DNA from: Prolixibacteraceae bacterium
GTDB taxonomy: Bacteria; Bacteroidota; Bacteroidia; Bacteroidales; Prolixibacteraceae
Length of the DNA: 64,000 nucleotides
Direction: 5' to 3'
Assembly: GCA_947475715.1 (NCBI GenBank)
Contig: CANJNY010000007.1
Coordinates: 4,565 to 68,564 of the forward strand
The notes below the pieces were generated by a model that saw only the letters and a program-made list of their open reading frames with translations, was not told the DNA's origin and searched no databases. A program made the translations under genes and the position numbers. This document shows, in pieces, positions 8,928 through 18,439 of the stretch (position 1 is the first letter of the stretch; each line of letters starts with the position of its first letter).

Positions 8928-11900
8928 TTAAAATGTGACATTTACACCAATTGAATACGATTTCATACTTGGATAAGCATTGAAATCCAATCCTGCACCG
9001 GCATTGGCCGTCTGGCCTGAACCGCCAGTTTCATAGCCTTTTGTATCGACTTCAGGATCCCAGCCGGAATAACCGGTAATCGTCAATACATTTTCGGCAA
9101 TCACATAGATCCTGCACGATTTTAAGAACTTTATTTTCTGTGGCAAAGTGTATCCAAGAGTTATATTCTTAACCCTGAGGAAGGAGGCATTTTCAATGAA
9201 ATGGTCATTGATATAACCGCCGTATTTGGAGTAATAAAATCCGTTTCGCGGAATATCCGTTTTAGTATTGGTTGGAGTCCACCGATTAAGCGCCTCTGTT
9301 GTATGAGACCACTCCAGATTCATACGGGTCATATTCAACAAATGATTCCCTTGTGAGCCATGAAGGAAAATTGAGAGGTCAAAATTGTTGTATGTGAAGG
9401 TATTGGTCAGTCCATAAATAAACTTAGGGGTAGCCGATCCAAGGATAGTCCGGTCAGCCGAGGTTATTTTACCATCCGGTACACCTGCGGGACCTGAGAT
9501 ATCCATAAATTTTGGATCTCCCGGTTTGGAATTTGGTTGTGGCGCATAGGTCTCACCCTGCTGCAGAACCCCGTTGTATTTATACCCGTAGAGTGTCCCA
9601 AGTGATTGACCAACACGGATAACTGCGAAATCCTCTTCAGATACATTTCCCATCGGTTTGGAAGAGCCAATACGAATATCGCCACCTCCGCCTAAATCAA
9701 GCACTTTATTTCTGTTAATGGCGAAGTTAAACCGGGTATCCCATTTGAATTTACCTGTCAGGTTATTGGATAGCAACTCGATTTCAATCCCTTTATTTTC
9801 GATTGAACCGACATTGCTCTGTCCGCTCACAAATCCTGAATATAAAGGCAATGCTTTATTGATCAGCAGGTCAGTTGTCTTTTTGTAGTAAAGGTCAACG
9901 GTGGCGGTAAGCCTGTTATTAAGAAATCCCATATCAAAACCGGTATTGTATTGGGATGTTGTTTCCCATTTTAGTCCCGGATTTTCAGGTGTTCCCGGAT
10001 TCATATGGGTTCCTGAAACATTGTTATTTCCGTCAAAAGTTAAATGAACATTGGATATCAAAGCAAACCGGGCATAATTACCGATCTGGTCATTTCCTGT
10101 TTTACCATACCCTAAACGATATTTCAAATTAGTGAAAACACCCAGGTTCTTAATAAATGGCTCCTCAATCATCCTCCAGGCAAATGCACCGGATGGGAAT
10201 GAGCCCCATTGAGTGTCTGCTCCAAACCGTGAGGATCCATCCTTTCTCATGGTCATCGTAAGGAGGTATTTATCTTTTAACGAATAGTTCGCTCTGCCAA
10301 AATAAGAGATCAGAATATTCTCCCCTTTAAAGGAAGCTTTGTTGATCAGCGAAGCAGCAGCACCCAAATTGTTATAGGAATAGAGATCAGTCGAGAACCC
10401 CTTTACCCCTACGATCCGGTATTCTGACTGGATTTTTTCGTAGGAATATCCGGCCATAACACTAAACGAATGGATATCCGCCAGTTTTTTTGTATATTGA
10501 ACATAAGCATCAAAAAGTTGCTTGGTTGCTGCATCGTCACGGGTTGTTGCTACACCTTTGTCAATTCCACCCTGATAAGTTGAACGGGGTAAATAGGAAC
10601 CCTGAAAATTATGGATAAGCTCCACGCCCCCATTTGCCTTAACCATCAAACCATCAATTGGATGGATTTCAAGGTAAGCATTTCCATTAACCCTGTCTTT
10701 TCCTAAATCGTTGGTCCGTTCCAAAAGGTTCGCAAGAGGATTATCTCCTCTTCCGCCTGGAGGACGACCATAAGTACCATCGGTATTTTTAGGGTTTACC
10801 GTTGGATCGTAGGTAAGGATACTTAAAAGAATATTTTCATTCAGGATATTTCCCGCATAAAGCTGGTAATTTGATTTTACCCTTTGCGCCATAACAGAAG
10901 TACCGGCCTTGATAAACTCATTAACTTTCTGATCGACATTAATACGGGCAGAGAAGCGTGAGAAATCGGTATTTTTCAAAACTCCCTTCTGATCGTAATA
11001 ACCTAGGCTTGTTAAAACCTGAGTTTTTTCGGATCCCCCTTTGAACTGAACGTTGTGATCCTGAACGATTCCTCCACGGCTGGTCTCCTTGATCCAGTTC
11101 GTATTGACATCCGACTGAAGTTGTGATTGGGTGTAAACTGCATTTTCCTGGTTTTGCTGTCCATCAATCTCCTTGTATAAACTATTTGCAAGGTTCATAT
11201 ATTGCTTTCCAGTAAGCATCTTAAAAGGATTAACCACATTCTGAACACCGGTATAGCCGGAATAGGTTATACTACTCTCGCCTGACTTACCCCGTTTGGT
11301 TGTAATAAGGATAACCCCGTTGGCGCCTCTGGCACCATAAATTGCAGTTGCTGAAGCATCTTTCAAAATCTCCATCGACTCAATATCATTTGGATTGATA
11401 TCGGCTCCTGTTGATGTTGGGAAACCGTCAACCACATAAAGCGGTTCATTGGTACTGCTGATTGAATTTGCACCACGAATTCTCACCGAGATACTTCCAC
11501 CTGGTGCCTTTGAGTTTTGAACCACCAGAACACCGGCAGTTCTACCTTGCAATGCCTGGGCTGCATTGCTGATTGTGCCACCTAACGTTAGTTCTTTATT
11601 GGTAACTTTAGCTACAGCACCTGTTAAGTCACTTTTCTTTTGTGTACCATAACCAATAGCCACAACCTCATCAAGACCGGTTATTTCATCCTGCATCGCT
11701 AAATTAAGCGTGGCAGCACCGGAATATACAACTTCCTGTGACTTCATACCCACAAATGAGAAAACGAGTGTTTTCGCATTTACCGGCACCGTTAAGGTAA
11801 ATTGTCCGTTGTTATCGGTAACGGTTCCAGATGTTGTCCCTTTTGCAACGACAGTTACTCCAGGAAGCGGTATTCCTTTACTATCTTTCACAATACCTGT

Positions 11901-12323
11901 TACATCTCTCTTTTGTTCAGTTTCTGTAACAACATTAAGGACCGAAGGTGTATCACTCTTTTGCTGAGTTAAAATTACAATTTGGCGGTCATAAATTTTA
12001 AAGGTGTTATTCGTCCCTGCAAAAAGCTGATCGAGAATAGACTCAACAGTTTTGTCAGTAACATCAATATCAACCTTGCGCGCCACATCCAATTGTTTCT
12101 CATTATACAGCAAAATAAAACCACTATTCGCCTCAATATCATGGAATACCTCCTTAACAGTAGCACCACTTAACTTAATATTGAATTTGGTTTGCTGCGA
12201 ATAGGTGCTCGCAGTTGCTGTTACCATGGATAACAGAAGAAAAAAGGTTAGCAGTTTCATACGTAATAAAATTTTTGAAATACCTCCTGAAGGGAAGGAT
12301 CTCCTTTTGCACTTTTTTTTCAT
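8928..12323 (-). CDS. SusC/RagA-family TonB-dependent transporter with N-terminal STN signalling domain
   Basis: 1131 aa. It has an STN-like segment (LSGATVKEVFHDIEANSGFILLYNEKQL), a CarboxypepD_reg-like segment (VTGIVKDSKGIPLPGVTVV), a TonB box region (DEVVAIGYGTQKK) and a C-terminal aromatic residue (GVNVTF). An alternative ATG exists at 12260. Confidence 0.9.
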   Translation of the reverse strand: MKKKCKRRSFPSGGISKILLRMKLLTFFLLLSMVTATASTYSQQTKFNIKLSGATVKEVFHDIEANSGFILLYNEKQLDVARKVDIDVTDKTVESILDQLFAGTNNTFKIYDRQIVILTQQKSDTPSVLNVVTETEQKRDVTGIVKDSKGIPLPGVTVVAKGTTSGTVTDNNGQFTLTVPVNAKTLVFSFVGMKSQEVVYSGAATLNLAMQDEITGLDEVVAIGYGTQKKSDLTGAVAKVTNKELTLGGTISNAAQALQGRTAGVLVVQNSKAPGGSISVRIRGANSISSTNEPLYVVDGFPTSTGADINPNDIESMEILKDASATAIYGARGANGVILITTKRGKSGESSITYSGYTGVQNVVNPFKMLTGKQYMNLANSLYKEIDGQQNQENAVYTQSQLQSDVNTNWIKETSRGGIVQDHNVQFKGGSEKTQVLTSLGYYDQKGVLKNTDFSRFSARINVDQKVNEFIKAGTSVMAQRVKSNYQLYAGNILNENILLSILTYDPTVNPKNTDGTYGRPPGGRGDNPLANLLERTNDLGKDRVNGNAYLEIHPIDGLMVKANGGVELIHNFQGSYLPRSTYQGGIDKGVATTRDDAATKQLFDAYVQYTKKLADIHSFSVMAGYSYEKIQSEYRIVGVKGFSTDLYSYNNLGAAASLINKASFKGENILISYFGRANYSLKDKYLLTMTMRKDGSSRFGADTQWGSFPSGAFAWRMIEEPFIKNLGVFTNLKYRLGYGKTGNDQIGNYARFALISNVHLTFDGNNNVSGTHMNPGTPENPGLKWETTSQYNTGFDMGFLNNRLTATVDLYYKKTTDLLINKALPLYSGFVSGQSNVGSIENKGIEIELLSNNLTGKFKWDTRFNFAINRNKVLDLGGGGDIRIGSSKPMGNVSEEDFAVIRVGQSLGTLYGYKYNGVLQQGETYAPQPNSKPGDPKFMDISGPAGVPDGKITSADRTILGSATPKFIYGLTNTFTYNNFDLSIFLHGSQGNHLLNMTRMNLEWSHTTEALNRWTPTNTKTDIPRNGFYYSKYGGYINDHFIENASFLRVKNITLGYTLPQKIKFLKSCRIYVIAENVLTITGYSGWDPEVDTKGYETGGSGQTANAGAGLDFNAYPSMKSYSIGVNVTF

Positions 12324-12399
12324 ACCTTAGAAAAGTTTTAATTAAACACTATTAAAATCAATCACTAAAGTCGGCAGGTTGGCAGACCTGTCGGCTTTT

Positions 12400-13725
12400 T
12401 CACTTTATCATAAGCAATTCACTAATTTTTTTGTAGATGTAAATCTTATTCCCATCTACACGAAACTGCAGATTGGCAACATCCGAGAGGGCAATCATTA
12501 CCTGTCCTACGGATTCTTTAAGATCCAGCTTCCCTGAAATCAGGTCGGCTGTTGAAAAATCGGAGTCAAAAACAAACTGAACATTATAATACCGCTGCAT
12601 TTTAGCAATCACATCCTTAAGGCTCTGCTGCGAGAATTTAAACCACCCTTCAGTCCACGCAATTGCAAAATCACCATCCGTCTCATTTTTAACTGTTATG
12701 GAATGGGCATCACGATCAAAACAAGCCTTTTGGTTGGGGGATAAAATAGTTTCATGTTTTAAAATCCCTAAAACAGAAAGGTCACTTACCGAAACTTTCC
12801 CCTCAAGCAATACCGTTTCAGTCACGTTATCGGAATTATATGCAGAGACATCAAACCTGGTACCTAAGACTTTAATCGAAATTTCACTGGTGTTTACTAA
12901 AAATGGCTTATCATTATTATGTGCAACCTCAAAATAGGCTTCACCATCAAGAAACACCTCCCTTTTCTTTCCGGAAAACCTGGTCGGAAAAGCCATGCGA
13001 CTCCCGGCATTGAGCCATACTTTGGTGCCATCTTCAAGTATTAACTGCGACTTCTTGCCAAATGGAATAACCACCTCATTCATTCTGGAATCATCAGCTC
13101 CATCGACCTTACTTAAATCAATCACCTGATCATTGTCAATTACAATTTTCTGATCACCATTCACTGCAATTTTAGAATTCTTCTTTGCCAGATCAACCCT
13201 CGTACCATTGGATAGCAATAACTGCGACTGGTTGACCCCTGACGAACCAATTGACGCTGCATAAATATACGGTTGATGCCGAGAATGATAAGCCCAAAAG
13301 CCAGCTGATCCGATAAAAAGGATGAAAACAATCACCGCAGCATAACGCATTATTGACAAAATGCGGATACTTTGGAAACGCCCTTTAAGCGTATTATCAA
13401 AATCATCAATATTTTTCCATATCGTTAAAAGAGCTTCGTCAGTAAGGTTTTCTGACCGGTTACTCAATAAATCGAGGATTTTCTTTGCTTTAATTACCCT
13501 GAATTTGAATTCAGGATTTTCAGCAAGAAATAATTCCCATTCCTTTTGATGGGTACGATGAAGCATCCATGAACTAAATTCTGGTTGCTCAAGAAGCTCT
13601 TCAATGGAAAGATTTAAAAATTCTGGTCTCAATTTTATTCTGTTCTGAAATGTATAATTATACAAAGGATGTTTTACTGATTTTGTGGACTCCAAACTCC
13701 AACTATTTTTAATCTTTTTTAACAA
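12400..13725 (-). CDS. FecR-family anti-sigma factor (transmembrane sensor)
   Basis: 441 aa with a single central TM (AAVIVFILFIGSAGFWAY). It has a FecR-like periplasmic region and a DUF4974-like C-terminus, and lies between the ECF sigma and SusC. The track start is a TTG, so the true start is uncertain. Confidence 0.8.
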   Translation of the reverse strand: MLKKIKNSWSLESTKSVKHPLYNYTFQNRIKLRPEFLNLSIEELLEQPEFSSWMLHRTHQKEWELFLAENPEFKFRVIKAKKILDLLSNRSENLTDEALLTIWKNIDDFDNTLKGRFQSIRILSIMRYAAVIVFILFIGSAGFWAYHSRHQPYIYAASIGSSGVNQSQLLLSNGTRVDLAKKNSKIAVNGDQKIVIDNDQVIDLSKVDGADDSRMNEVVIPFGKKSQLILEDGTKVWLNAGSRMAFPTRFSGKKREVFLDGEAYFEVAHNNDKPFLVNTSEISIKVLGTRFDVSAYNSDNVTETVLLEGKVSVSDLSVLGILKHETILSPNQKACFDRDAHSITVKNETDGDFAIAWTEGWFKFSQQSLKDVIAKMQRYYNVQFVFDSDFSTADLISGKLDLKESVGQVMIALSDVANLQFRVDGNKIYIYKKISELLMIK

Positions 13726-13776
13726 CTAAAAAATTAGCAGAGTAAAAGTAAGGAATAAAATTTCCTGTTTATCCTA

Positions 13777-14370
13777 TTAAATCAAAGCTATACGTAATAC
13801 AAACAGGACCAAAGTTGTCTCACTAAGGTGTTCCCGAAGGGTTTTTAAAGCGCGAAATACCATTTTACGGGCAGAATCGTATTTCATGGGCATAATTTCA
13901 CAAATCTTATCGTATTCAAAATCGCAGGTAAAGCGATAGTATAGGATTTCACGCTGTTTGGGGCTTAGCTTTGCAAGCCCTTTGCGGACAACTTCTTCTT
14001 TTTCGGTAAGTTCTTCTTTTAAAATCCATTCATCTTCAAATGAATAGACAATATTCAATGGATGGGTCTTTGTTTCTTTGTCCTGTTTCTGATTTTTGGC
14101 GGCCAGATTAATATTCTGCAATAATCTGCGTCGCATCGCCTTGATCAAATAGAAATAGATATGATCGGTATCACCCAGTTTACTTCGCATGCGCATCAGA
14201 TCAAAGAAAAGGTCCTGGATCGTATCTTTAATTAACTCCTCATCTGACGTTATTTTTCGCCCATAACGATATAACAGATTTGCATATTGATAATAAATAT
14301 GGGAAAGGGCGTATTTCTCACCCTTTTTAAAATCCTCCCAAAGTTTAATATCGTTAGTCGCCTGGCCCAT
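13777..14370 (-). CDS. ECF-type RNA polymerase sigma-70 family factor
   Basis: Regions 2 and 4 are recognisable (DTIQDLFFDLMR; LSPKQREILYYRF...YDKICEIM). The track ORF starts at a TTG at 14451. The first ATG (cat at 14368-14370) gives a typical N-terminus, MGQATNDIKLWEDFKKG. Confidence 0.85.
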   Translation of the reverse strand: MGQATNDIKLWEDFKKGEKYALSHIYYQYANLLYRYGRKITSDEELIKDTIQDLFFDLMRMRSKLGDTDHIYFYLIKAMRRRLLQNINLAAKNQKQDKETKTHPLNIVYSFEDEWILKEELTEKEEVVRKGLAKLSPKQREILYYRFTCDFEYDKICEIMPMKYDSARKMVFRALKTLREHLSETTLVLFVLRIALI

Positions 14371-14752
14371 TAGTTTAATAAGATATTCAAAAGTAATATT
14401 TTTAGCCCATATGCAATAATAATTAGTTCGATACCGAATATTTCTATTCAAAGAGACTCCTGTGCCCTATCATCTCAGCAACATCCTCCTTGAGAATAAA
14501 AACGGGGTTCTTCGTTGTGTTATTTACCTGAATCAGTGTGTTTTAAATTTTTTCGATCCATTCTGCAAAGTAAGTAATCACGTCATTATCAGGTTTGTGA
14601 TTTCCAATCAAAGGGACATTAATGTAAACAAAGTCGACAGAATTGGATTTTATCATTGAATTAGTAAACCACAAAATGAAGCACGATGTTGATTTACGTT
14701 AAATTTGTTTTTAAAGAACAAAAATAGTGAAGCTATATTCTATGGGAGCGAT

Positions 14753-14760
14753 TAACTTTG
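14753..14760 (+). promoter_or_regulatory. Candidate Bacteroidota -7 promoter box (TAnnTTTG) for the ABC exporter operon
   Basis: TAACTTTG lies 33 nt upstream of the ATG at 14793. No clean -33 TTG is seen at the expected spacing. Confidence 0.3.
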
Positions 14761-14792
14761 CAGCTTGAAATTTTGAAAAAGAATTAATTCAG

Positions 14793-16544
14793 ATGGCAAA
14801 CAGATCACGAGAGCATAAACCGGGAGGAAAACCGAAAAAGCCAAATATATTCGGCGTACTTAAGCCTTACAAGCTGATGATTTTCAGCTTAATTGGTTTT
14901 GCGTTACTGAGTAATGCAGTAAATCTTGTTATTCCGAAACTGATTTCTTCAGGGATTGATGATTTCACCAAAGGAACCTTCTCATACCATAAAATTACGA
15001 TAGGCTTTTTAATTGCCGCCACCATTATTTTTGTATTTACCTTTCTGCAGGGTATTTTGCAGACCTATGCCTCGGAGCGTGTTGCCCGTGATTTACGCAC
15101 AAAGCTGGCCGATAAAATATCGCGGCAGAGCTACGCTTTTATCCAGGAGGCTAATCCATCTAAACTTTTAACCAATCTTACTGCAGATATCGATTCGGTT
15201 AAGCTTTTTGTTTCGATGGCGATCGTTTCACTCGCCTCTTCCATATTTATCATCATTGGAGCCAGTATTCTTTTAATCTCAATTGACTGGAAGCTTGCAT
15301 TATCGGTATTGGTGATAATCCCGATAATCATCGGCGCTTTTTTCTTTGTATTCCGCAAAGTAGGTGTCTTGTTTAAGAAAAGTCGTGAAGTGATCGATTG
15401 GCTCAATAAAATCATCAACGAAAGTATTCTGGGTGCTGCTCTGATCCGAGTTTTGAATTCTCAAATGCTGGAATACAACAAATTTCTCGATGCCAATACG
15501 CAGGCCAAAAATCTGAGCATATCAATATTAAAGCTCTTCGCTACGCTGATACCTATTGTGGTGTTTGTTTCAAACATGGCGTCACTGGTTATTCTGGCCC
15601 TTGGAGGGCATTATGTGATTAATGGGGCCATGTCATTAGGCGATTTTGCGGCATTCTCTTCGTATCTGGTGATCCTTATTTTTCCGATAATCATTATAGG
15701 ATTTATCAGCAATTTCGTAGTACAGGCATCTGTTGCCTATGGCCGAATTTGCCTAGTTCTCGATGCTGAAGAGACGCGCGAGGAAGGCACTATAGATACT
15801 CCACTGGAAGGAACTGTGGAGATTCAGGATGTCTCGGTAATTTACGGTGACAAGCCCGTCTTAAAGAATATCTTCCTGGCGTTGTTGCCGGGTACTAAAA
15901 CTGCAATTATTGGACCTACTGCTGCAGGGAAAACACAAATATTACATTTACTTACAGGTCTCATTAAACCGTCATCCGGAACAATCCTTTTCGACCGAAT
16001 CGACATCAACAATTATAATAAGGAAACATTTCAGCATCAAATTGGATTTGTTTTCCAGGATAGCGTAATTTTCAATATGAGTCTGCGTGAAAACATCGCA
16101 TTTAATGAGAAGGTCACAGATGATTTACTTCTCAAGGCCATTGAAACATCCGAATTAAATGATTTCATCGATTCGCTGCCAGAAGGACTAAATACCATTG
16201 TAAGTGAACGTGGAACCAGCCTTTCAGGCGGTCAGAAACAGCGAATTATGCTGGCCCGGGCTTTAGCACTAAATCCTAAAATCCTTTTACTCGATGATTT
16301 TACCGCACGTGTCGACAGCCAGACCGAGCAGAAAATTCTGGATAATGTAACACGAAATTATCCTGGAATAACCTTACTGTCAGTTACCCAGAAGATTGCT
16401 TCAGTAATCAATTACGGGCAAATCATCCTTTTGGAGGAGGGGGAAATTCTGGCCGCCGGAACACATCAGTCACTAATGGAGAGCAGTCCGGAATATGTTC
16501 AGATTTTTAATTCACAACGCAGCACAAATCACTATGAACTATAA
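14793..16544 (+). CDS. ABC exporter, fused permease/ATPase, subunit with a degenerate catalytic site
   Basis: 583 aa with a six-TM exporter domain. Walker A is GPTAAGKTQ, the signature is LSGGQKQR, and Walker B is ILLLDDFT (Asp where the catalytic Glu normally sits). Confidence 0.9.
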   Translation: MANRSREHKPGGKPKKPNIFGVLKPYKLMIFSLIGFALLSNAVNLVIPKLISSGIDDFTKGTFSYHKITIGFLIAATIIFVFTFLQGILQTYASERVARDLRTKLADKISRQSYAFIQEANPSKLLTNLTADIDSVKLFVSMAIVSLASSIFIIIGASILLISIDWKLALSVLVIIPIIIGAFFFVFRKVGVLFKKSREVIDWLNKIINESILGAALIRVLNSQMLEYNKFLDANTQAKNLSISILKLFATLIPIVVFVSNMASLVILALGGHYVINGAMSLGDFAAFSSYLVILIFPIIIIGFISNFVVQASVAYGRICLVLDAEETREEGTIDTPLEGTVEIQDVSVIYGDKPVLKNIFLALLPGTKTAIIGPTAAGKTQILHLLTGLIKPSSGTILFDRIDINNYNKETFQHQIGFVFQDSVIFNMSLRENIAFNEKVTDDLLLKAIETSELNDFIDSLPEGLNTIVSERGTSLSGGQKQRIMLARALALNPKILLLDDFTARVDSQTEQKILDNVTRNYPGITLLSVTQKIASVINYGQIILLEEGEILAAGTHQSLMESSPEYVQIFNSQRSTNHYEL

Positions 16545-18300
16545 TCTCAACCTGAATAAGGGACCTAAATACAACGAAAAGGTCAGTACGAAAACGACCC
16601 TTAAACGGTTGATGACACTGATGGGTGAAGAGAGGAGCAACCTCTATATTGCGATGTTCTTTATTTTTATTAATGCGGGTCTAAACCTTGTTGCTCCCTA
16701 TCTGATGGGGCATGCAGTAGACAACTTTGTGGTAACGAAACATTATGAAGGAGTTGTCAGATATTCAATTATTTTATTTGCTGTTTTTTCAGTGGCTTTG
16801 GTGAGCGGCTATACACAGACCCAACTAATGGGCCGTGTGGGGCAAAGGATGTTATTTAATTTACGCAATACGATCTTCAATAAACTGCAGGAGTTACCTA
16901 TTGATTTTTTCAATCAAAATAAGGCCGGCGACCTGATTTCAAGGGTAAATAACGATACAGACAAAATCAACCTGTTCTTTTCGCAGTCGCTGGTTCAGTT
17001 TATGAGCAGTATATTTACAATGTTGGGAGCGGGAATATTTTTGCTTTCAATCAACCTCAAACTTGGACTTGCGGCCCTTGCTCCGGCACTCGTATTATGG
17101 ATATTCACCCGAGGCATCTCACCCTGGGTAAAGAACAGCAATGCTAAAAACATGAAAAGTACCGGAAACCTGAGCGCAGAGATTCAGGAGAGTCTGAATA
17201 ATTTCAAGGTAATTGTTGCATTTAACCGCCGCGACTATTTCCGTCAGCGCTTTGAACAGGTCAATGCAGAAAATTACCAGACTGCTGTGAAAGCCGGCAT
17301 TGCAAATAACATGTTTACACCTGTATACGGCTTTTCGTCAACCATCGGGCAAATGGTTGTGCTTACATTTGGCATTTCGCTAATCGCGGCAGGACAATTT
17401 TCAATTGGTTTACTAATCAGCTTTCTGGGATATATCGCGCAGTTCTATAATCCATTACGTCAGATTGCCGCATTGTGGGCCAACTTTCAGGTAGCTCTCG
17501 CCGGGTGGGACCGGATTTCACAAATATTGGTTCTTGAAAATAATCTCAATGTGATTGAGTCGGATGACAAACAAGAAACCAGCTATCTGCTTTCGTTTCG
17601 GGATGTTTCGTTTGCATATACAACCGGAAATGAAATTCTTAAGAATGTAAATTTTGACCTCGAACGAGGTAAGACCTATGCCTTTGTCGGTCCAACAGGT
17701 GGGGGAAAGACAACAACTGCCTCACTTATGTCCCGGTTGTACGATCCCACATCGGGGAAAGTGATCCTGAACGGGGTAGATATTCGTTCAATGGATATTG
17801 AAACACGCAGTTCCAAAATCGGATTTATCCTGCAGGAACCCTTTTTGTTCACCGGAACCATCCGCGATAATATCCTTTATGGAAACGCTCAACTGAACGA
17901 TATTTCAAACGTCGGATTGTCTGAAATATTATCCGAATCTGGTTTGGATGGATTACTCGAACGGTTTGACGGGGGATTAACTGCAGAAATAAAATCATCG
18001 GGGGAAGGGATCAGCCTGGGTCAAAAGCAACTTATTGCCTTTATTCGGGCCGTATTGCGCAAGCCGGAACTATTGATTCTTGATGAGGCGACTGCCAATA
18101 TTGATACTGTAACAGAGCAATTACTCGAGGAAATTCTCAGAAAGTTACCTGAAAGCACAACCCGCATAATCATTGCCCATCGGTTAAACACCATTGAGAA
18201 TGCTGATGAGATCTACTTTGTAAACTCCGGATCAGTCACCAAGGCAGGCTCATTGCAAGATGCTGTTAATTTACTGCTACACGGCAAAAGGGAGAGCTAA
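16534..18300 (+). CDS. ABC exporter, fused permease/ATPase, consensus-site subunit
   Basis: Walker A is GPTGGGKTT, Walker B is LLILDEAT, and the signature is atypical (ISLGQKQ). The ATG at 16534 overlaps the upstream stop by 11 nt (ATGAACTATAA). The track start at 16495 lies inside the upstream gene. Confidence 0.9.
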   Translation: MNYNLNLNKGPKYNEKVSTKTTLKRLMTLMGEERSNLYIAMFFIFINAGLNLVAPYLMGHAVDNFVVTKHYEGVVRYSIILFAVFSVALVSGYTQTQLMGRVGQRMLFNLRNTIFNKLQELPIDFFNQNKAGDLISRVNNDTDKINLFFSQSLVQFMSSIFTMLGAGIFLLSINLKLGLAALAPALVLWIFTRGISPWVKNSNAKNMKSTGNLSAEIQESLNNFKVIVAFNRRDYFRQRFEQVNAENYQTAVKAGIANNMFTPVYGFSSTIGQMVVLTFGISLIAAGQFSIGLLISFLGYIAQFYNPLRQIAALWANFQVALAGWDRISQILVLENNLNVIESDDKQETSYLLSFRDVSFAYTTGNEILKNVNFDLERGKTYAFVGPTGGGKTTTASLMSRLYDPTSGKVILNGVDIRSMDIETRSSKIGFILQEPFLFTGTIRDNILYGNAQLNDISNVGLSEILSESGLDGLLERFDGGLTAEIKSSGEGISLGQKQLIAFIRAVLRKPELLILDEATANIDTVTEQLLEEILRKLPESTTRIIIAHRLNTIENADEIYFVNSGSVTKAGSLQDAVNLLLHGKRES

Positions 18301-18439
18301 AAGGCAGTGGGAGCCCGACTCAAAGTCCGACCCACACTGATGGATTCATTACACCCTTAAAAACCAGCTGTTTAACAACCTTTATTTGACAGACTCTCAG
18401 GAAGAGCTACATTCTATTCATCAAAAATAGTTATCTCTT

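Noticed and set aside
12365-12399. Hairpin GTCGGCAGGT-tggcag-ACCTGTCGGC followed by TTTTT between the anti-sigma and SusC genes, as a terminator
   Set aside because: The T-run follows the stem only on the plus strand, where no gene ends. On the coding (minus) strand the stem has two C-A mismatches and only a weak U tail. It may be an attenuator, but the evidence is insufficient.
14371-14451. N-terminal extensions in the ORF track (also 16495-16533, 23394-23471, 26637-26708, 38728-38757, 42207-42260, 51685-51705, 56895-56915)
   Set aside because: Most of these extensions begin at TTG codons or lie inside the upstream gene, and they add non-homologous residues ahead of a well-placed ATG. I trimmed them to that ATG, but the starts remain unverified.
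18301-18439. GTGGG...CCCAC stem as a shared terminator between the ABC exporter and the OmpA-family gene
   Set aside because: The stem is only 5-6 bp with a 19-nt loop, and no U-run follows on either strand.
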